Of a stretch of 64,000 nucleotides of DNA, positions 56,990 to 64,000 are shown one piece after another. Under the pieces are notes generated by a model. It did no database searches and was not told the origin of the DNA. It saw only the letters and a list, made by a program, of their open reading frames with translations. The translations under genes and the position numbers were made by a program. Each line of letters opens with the position of its first letter. Position 1 is the stretch's first letter. The stretch comes from Camelus dromedarius (taxonomy: Eukaryota): contig NC_087437.1 in assembly GCF_036321535.1 (NCBI RefSeq), positions 65,288,001 to 65,352,000 on the forward strand. Reading direction: 5' to 3'.

Positions 56990-58470
56990 AAAGAAAAACT
57001 TTTACTCACACATGACATGATCTTATGCATAGAAAACCATGTGAATTCTGTAAAAACAACTACTAGAACAAATAACTAATTTAGCACAAGTTCCCACCAT
57101 ACAAGATCAGTTTGTAAAACTCAGTTGTACTTTTACATACTAGCAATAAACAATTCATGAATGAAGTAATAATAAAACCCTTACAATAACATCAAAAAGC
57201 ATGAAATACTTGGAGTAAACTTAACAGTATGTGCAAGACTTTACTGAAAACCCCAAAGCAATTCTGAGAGAAACTGAAGAATACATAAGTAAATGTGAAA
57301 TTTACCATGTTAATTTATTAGAAGGCACAATATTGTTAATGATGACAGTTCTCTGTAAATTGTTCTATAGATTCAATGCATTTTCAATCAAAATATCATT
57401 AGACTTTTGTGTCAAATTTGACAAGCTGTTTCTAAATTTATATGGAAATTCAGAGGCCTTGGAATAACTAGAATAATTTTGGTGGGAAAAATACAATGCT
57501 GAGTATTTACAATCCTTAGTTTCAAAACTTATTTTAAAACTACAATAATCAGGATAGGCATAAGAGTGTATATAGAGAACAATGAAACACAACAGAGCAT
57601 CCAGAAATAGACCTATACATATATGATGAATTGATTTTCAACAAAGTTGCTGTGGTAATTCAGTGAAGGAAAGATGGTCTTGTCAGCAGTTGGTGCTAGA
57701 GCAACTGGATACCAGTATGGGGAGAAGAACCAAAAACCTTCTACTTTTATCTCACTCTATATTAAAAAAATTAACTTGATATGAAGAGTAAACCTAAAAG
57801 TAAAAGCTAGAACTAGAAACCTTCCAGGATAAAAGGGAGAGGAGCTTTGTAACATAGAGGCAGCAATAGTTTCCTAGGTGATAATAACACCGAATTAACT
57901 ATAAAAGATAAATATTGATAAAGGACACTATTAAGAAAGTATAAAGGCAAGCCACAGACTTGAGAGAAAACATTTACAGTCCCTATTGTCTAACAAAGGA
58001 CTTGAGTCCAGGATCTATATATTTAAAAAAAAAACCCCAAACAAACTTACAACTCAAAGTGAAGAAGCAAACAGTTCAATAAAATTAAGTTCAAAAGATT
58101 TGAATAGACACTTCATAAAAGAAGATACATGAATAACTATCTCAAGTATTATCATCATTAGTCCTCAGGAAAAGCAAATTAAAAGATACCATTAAAAAAC
58201 ACTAGAATGCTAAAAACATTGTATCTATTTTACATTACTGGTTGGGCTGTAAAATGGTACAACCACTTTGAAAAACAGTATGGCTCTTTCATATAAAGTT
58301 AAACATACACCTAACCTTATGATTCTGTAATTTACTCTTGGATTTTTACCCAAGAAAAATGAAAACATATGTCCAAAGGAAGACTTGCATGTGAATGTTG
58401 TAGCAGTTTTATTCATAACAGCCAAAGACTTGGAATGTTAAACAACAAAAAATCAAGTGAATAAATGTTA
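56990..58470 (+). mobile_element. Old L1 ORF2 3' half, sense
   Basis: HDMILCIEN and KLFYRFNAFSIKI..FCVKFDKLFL are decayed ORF2 RT/C-terminal motifs. Confidence 0.8.
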
Positions 58471-58476
58471 AAAAGT

Positions 58477-59058
58477 TTTTTCCCAGTTTTATTGAGGTAT
58501 AATTGACACATAGCACTTTATAAATTTAAGGTGTACAGCACAATATATCACGGAATGTTTACTGCAATAGATTTAGTGAACATCCATCATCTCATATTGA
58601 TAGACATTAAAGAAATGGAAAAAAATATTTTTCTTTGTGATTTTTTCCTCTTAGGATTTATTCTCTTAACAATTTTCATATATAACATAAAACAGTGTTA
58701 ATTGGCTTTATCATGTTGTGCATTACATTCCTAGAATTTATTTATCTTATAACTGAAAGTTAGTAGCTTTTGACCATCTTCATCTAATTCCCACTCCTCC
58801 CACTCCCTGCCTCTGTTAGCTACAAATCTGATCTCTTTTTCTATGAGTTTGTTTTTGAAGTGTAATTGACTTACAAACTGTGTTAGTTCTTGGTGCACAA
58901 CATAGTGCTTCAGTACTTCTATACATTTCAAAATGATCACCATGATAACTAGTTGTCATCTGTTAACCATAAAAGATAACACATAGTTATTGACTATATT
59001 CCTCATGCTGTACATTTCATATTTGTGACTCATGTATTTTGTAACAAAGTTTGTTCCT
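58477..59058 (-). mobile_element. L1 3'UTR, split by the 59059-62073 insertion and resuming at 62087-62183
   Basis: ttttattgaggtataattgaca...; continuation ccctctggcaaccacctatttgttctctgtatc after the second TSD copy. Confidence 0.75.
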
Positions 59059-62000
59059 TTTTCTTTAAAAATAGACTATTTTTTTAGTGCAGTTTCAGGT
59101 TTACAGCAGAATTGAGCAGAAAATACAGAGTTCCCACATAGCCCTCCCCACCCACACATATATACTCCCCTACCCTCAACATCCCTCATCATTGTGGCAT
59201 ATTTGGTACAATCGATGAACCAACATGGGCACATTATTATCAACCAAAGTCCATAGTTTACATTAGGGTTCACTCTTGATGTACATTCTATGGGCTTTGA
59301 CAAATGCATAATGATATGTAACCATCACTATAATATCATACAGAATAATTTTATTGCCCTAAAAATCCCTTGTGCTCCATCTATTCATCCCTCCCTCCCT
59401 CTCCCCAAACCTGTAGAAACCATGATCTTTCTTTTGTTTCCGTAGCTTTGCCTTTTCCAGAATGTCATTTGGTTGGAATCTTTTCAGACTGGCTTCTTTC
59501 ATTTAGTAATATGTCTTTTAAGTTTCTTCCATGTCTTTCATGGCTTGATAACTCTTTTTTTCTTTTCACAGCACATATATTTTAAAATTTACATATATGT
59601 AGTGTTCATTGTTTGTAAGAATGTTTAGAGCTTTAGCTTTTTAAACTTACATAGTTATCAAAGGAATAAAGCCAACCACAAAATAAAAATTAATTCAAAA
59701 AGATACATACACCTTGCTATTAACAGCAACATTATTTGTCATTGCCAAGATATGGAAGCATCCTAAGTGCACATCAGTAGTTGAGTAGATAATGGAGATG
59801 CAGCATACGAATATGTAATGGAATACAACTCATAAGAAAGAAGGATACTTTGCCATTTGCGGCCCTTTACTTTTTCTTTGACTTCAAAAACCAGAACTTT
59901 ATAACCAGCATAAACATTTCCATTACATCAAGAACAACAAAATACCTAGAAATAAACTTAACCAAGGAGGTTACCTATACTCCGAAAGCCAAAGTGACAC
60001 AAAGAAATGGAAAGATTTCTTGTGCTCTTGGATTGGAAGAATCAACAATATCAAAATGGTCACACTACCCAAAGCAATCCACATATCCAGTGCAACCCCT
60101 AGCAAAATAGTCAAGACATTCCTCACAGAACGAGAAAAAACAATTCCAAAATTTATAAGGAACCACAAAAGACCCTGAACAGCCAAAGCAATCTTTTGTA
60201 TGTCTTTTTTTCCCCCTCTTTCTTCTTTTTGTTCTCTTCTCTTATGGTTTGATGACTAGAGAAGATCCTTTAACATTTGTTGCAAAGCTGGTTTGGTGGT
60301 ACTGAAATCTTTTAGCTTTTGTTTATCTGTGAAGCTTTTAGTTTCTCCATCAAGTCTAAATGAGAGCCTTGCTGGATAGAGTATTCTTTGTTGTAAGTTT
60401 TCCCCGTTCATCACTTTAAGTATATCGTGCCACTCCCTTCTGGCCTGTAGAGTTTCTGCTGAAAAATCAGCTGATAACATTATGGGAGTTCTCTTGTGTG
60501 TTATTTGTTGCTTTTCTCTTCCTAATTTTAATATTTTCTCCTTAACCTTAATTTTTGTCAATTTGATGACTGTGCTTTGATGTGCTCCTCTTTGGGTTGA
60601 TCCTGTGTGGTATTCTCTATGCTTCCTGGACTTGGGTGACTGTTTCCTTTCCCAAGCTGGGGAAGTTTTCAGTGATTATCTTGCCAAAAATTTTCTCAGG
60701 TCCTTTCTCTCTCTCTTCTCTTTCTGGGACCCCTATAATGCAAATATTAGAGCACTTCATGTTGTCCCAGAGTTCTCTTAAACTATCCTGATTCCTTTTC
60801 ATTATTTTTTCTGTTTTCTGTTCTAAAGTAGTGATTTCCACTAATCTGTCTTCTAGCTCACTGATCCGTTCTTCTGCCTTGTTTAGTCTATTCTTGGTTC
60901 CTTCTAGTGTGTTTTTCATTTCAGTGATTTTGTCCTTCAACTCTGGGTATTCTTTATATTTTCCAACTCTTTGCTAAAAACTTCACTCTGTGCATCTATA
61001 TTCCTCCTGAGTTCTCTGAACGTCTTCACCATCATTACTTTAAAGTCTTTCTCAGATAAATTTCCTATCTCTCCATCACTTATTTCTTCTTCTGGGATTT
61101 TATCTCATGCCTTGGCCTGGGAGATACTCCTTTGCCGCCTCATATCATCTATCTTTCTATGTGTTTGTGTATTCCTTCCACAGGCTCTGGGATTGTTGTC
61201 TTCTTATTTCTAGTATCTGCCCCTGGTGGATGAGGCTGGGCTAGAGGCTTATGCAGGGTTCCTGGCAGGAGGAACCAGTGCCTGCTCACTGCTGGATGAA
61301 AATTGTTCCTGGACCTCTGGTGTCTAGAGGCCTTTGTGGCTTAGGAAGTCTGCTGATGGGTGGGGCTGTGTTCCCACCCTGTATGTTTGGCCCGAGGGTT
61401 CCCTACAGGCTGTTCGTTGGGGCTAGATCATGGTGCTAATGATCCAATCAATATGTCAGCCTCCAGGAAAGCTCATGTAGATGAACATTACCAGAATGTC
61501 CGCCACCAGTTTTAATTCCCCTGGGTGAGGCGCAGACTTCCCCACATCCCCAGAAGACCCTCCAAGTCCAGCAGGCAGGCCGGGCCCAGGTTCCTATGAA
61601 ATCACTTCCTCTTCCCTTGGACCTGGCATGCACAAGATTCTGTGTAGGCTTCCCAAGTGAATGGAGTCTCCGTTTCCCCTAGTCCCATGGGGCTTCGGGC
61701 ACCAAGCCCTGCTGGCCTTCAAAACCAGATGTCCTGGGGTCTCCTTCTCTTCCCAATGCCAGAACCCAAGCTGGGGAGCCTGATGTGGGGCTTAGAGCTC
61801 TCATGCCTATGGGAGAGCCTCTGTGGCTTAACAAATCTTCAGTTTGTGGATCACCAACCGAGGGGTATGGAGCCTAATTATATCGTGAGCATGCCCTTCC
61901 TACTATCTTGCTGTGGTTCCTTCTTTGTGTTTTCAGTTGCAGAAGATCTTTTTTGCTAGGTTCCAGTCTTTTTTCTGATGGTGGTTTAGCATTCAGTTGT

Positions 62001-62073
62001 GGATTTGTTGTAGTCATGAGGAGAGGTGAGCTTGTGGTCCTACTGCTCCAACATCTTGACCAGAAATCCCATA
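59059..62073 (-). mobile_element. Composite L1 block: 5'UTR+ORF1 (62070-60196, -), inverted ORF2 pieces (59680-60195, +), different L1 3' end (59067-59560, -)
   Basis: ORF1 peptides at 60256-60561 and 60617-60940; L1 start gggatttctggtcaagatgttggag at 62070; 13-bp direct repeat aaagtttgttcct at 59046-59058 and 62074-62086. Confidence 0.8.
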
Positions 62074-62183
62074 AAAGTTTGTTCCTCTTAATCTTCCTCA
62101 CCTATTTCTCTGCTCCCTCCACCCCCCTTCCCTCTGGCAACCACCTATTTGTTCTCTGTATCCATTACTTTGTTTCTGTTTAT

Positions 62184-62529
62184 CAACTGAGTAAATTTAA
62201 AGATCAAATTGGTTTTATTTAATGATTCACGAATTGGGCAACATTGCATCTAGCAATAGAAAGGAGCTCCACTGAGCTGTAGTAAAGGAAAGTTTTTCAA
62301 AAGTGGAAAAGGGACAGAAAAAGGAAATTATTAGCAAAGAATGCATTGTTTCAGACACCCTCCTAAGGGGAATGGAAGGGCCTATCAGGCAGATAATCTC
62401 GCTAGTGCTGACCAGGTAATTCCAGGTTGACCGGTTAAAGGTTGCATTCCTATGCAGATTGAGACTGCAGTTAGGTTAAGTATTAAGTCTCAGTGACTCC
62501 TTTTTGGGCCTGCTGTCTCCTTTTTACCA
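62184..62529 (-). mobile_element. LTR related to the 16884-17307 LTR
   Basis: Shares ctgagtaaattt.aagat..aattg, catctagcaa and actgc.gttaggtta.gtattaa.tct segments. Confidence 0.7.
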
Positions 62530-63713
62530 GAAACAAATGTCTGTCAACAGTATTATAGATAAACAAATTCTGCAATGGAATGCTACTTAGCAAGAGAAAG
62601 CAGACACAAGTGAGAATGTACAGTACAATTCAGTTTTTATGAAATTGAAAAACATGAAAAAGATACAGTGTCATAAAGTAGATCCAGGAGTGTTTGAGGC
62701 TGATAAAGGGGGGCTGACTGTGAAGGTGATGAAAATGTTTTGTGCCTTGTACTGGTTGTTATAGGAATTTTTTTAAATGCTTCTAACTGTTCACTGGAAG
62801 TGGATGCTCTTTATTGTATATAAATTATGACCCAGAATTGATTGTTTTTTAAAGTAGTTCTTGTGGATCTCTGAATATTAGAAGTCCTCCTAGTGGAGTC
62901 AGGTGAGAGAATTTGTAGAGATGCAGTCTCTTAAATCTCATCCTTTGTTTTCTACTCAGCAGTATCACGGTAATTCTTAGAAAATGAGAGCCTGATTGCT
63001 TTCTGAAATTCCTATGCTAGTGGTCAAATATCACTAACAGCTTTACTCGATAGGGTTTTCTCCCCTCCTTTTACCTACAATCTTTTCAAGTGTCTTTCCT
63101 ATACCAGCCAGACAATAGAAATCCTCAAATGAAGGGTTTTAATCGGGAGAGATTTGGATGAGCATTTGGATTATTTGGAGTATTTGGACGAGCAGAGCTG
63201 GGGGAAAGCAGAAATTGCACATAAGAATTAAGATAGATGAGCAGTCTCTATACTTGAATATGTTTTAAGGAGTTTAGAAAAAGAATGTTCCAGGAGAAAA
63301 GACTTTTCTAGCTCAGAGATAGGAATAAGCGTGAAGAGATTGTTCCACCTGGAGCCTAGAATTCATCCTGGAGATCCATATGACCTAATGATGGACCTAT
63401 ATAGCAAAGGATGAATGCTGGTATAGGGAATATGAAAGTAGCATGGAATAATCTTGAGATCCTGTAGTAAAACCACCTCAGTTTTAGTACCTGCTCTGTT
63501 GTTCTGGAGTTTAGTTTTGTACTTTTTGTTGGTGGTGGTGGTGGTTAAAAAACAAAGAGTGAGATTTTGTCATTTCTGAAGTCCTTTTTGTTTCTAAGGT
63601 TTTGAGTCTACAAAAAAGTGAATGACTATATGAGATGATGGGTGTTAATTAAACCTACTGTGGTTATATTTCACTATATATATATATAAAGTAAACTATC
63701 ATGTTGTACATCT

Positions 63714-63815
63714 AATTTATATTCATTTACTTATTTAAATGGATATACTGGGGATTGAACCCAGGACCTCCTGCATGCTAAGCACATGCATTACCACTGA
63801 GCCATACCCTCCCCC
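63714..63815 (-). mobile_element. Vic-1-like SINE nested in an older sense L1 3' end (~63610-63885)
   Basis: ggggattgaacccaggacctc...ccactgagccataccctcccc; TSD core tgtacatct. Confidence 0.88.
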
Positions 63816-64000
63816 TGTACTGTACATCTTAAACTTATACAGTGATGTATGTTAATTATTTCTCAATAAAACTGGAAGAAAAAGTGAATGAAAGTTTATA
63901 TGCAAAGTTTTGATGATGTGATAATCATGGTGGGGTTTTCATATATTTCACTGTATTGAAACTGGTGAATGAGATTAAGGATGGACATTGGTTATAATTA

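Noticed and set aside
60256..60940. Functional L1 ORF1p
   Set aside because: Split into separate frames, with no intact ORF2 downstream.

Overview
Mammalian genomic DNA, AT-rich and CpG-poor. The tRNA-Ala-like SINEs look like the camelid Vic-1 family, so the source is probably a camel or alpaca (inference). The whole window lies inside POLQ (DNA polymerase theta) on the + strand. I traced 18 coding exons (the first partial), all with GT-AG boundaries and mutually consistent phases. They run from helicase motif VI, through the ~3.1 kb central-domain exon, to motifs A and B of the A-family polymerase. Exon numbers (~9-26) follow my recollection of human POLQ. The gene starts before and ends after the window. 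Introns are packed with L1 fragments, ERV1-type solo LTRs, a degraded provirus carrying nested insertions, SINEs, MIR/L2 and hAT elements. They also hold a processed ATP5MC1 pseudogene and a probable RTE-X (L4) relic. I found no convincing new biological system. The best leads are a tandem CAGCAG acceptor in polymerase insert 2, a composite TSD-flanked L1 block, a stop/poly(A) cassette right after the giant exon, and substitutions at known Pol theta sites. Repeat family names come from visual recognition, not a database search.
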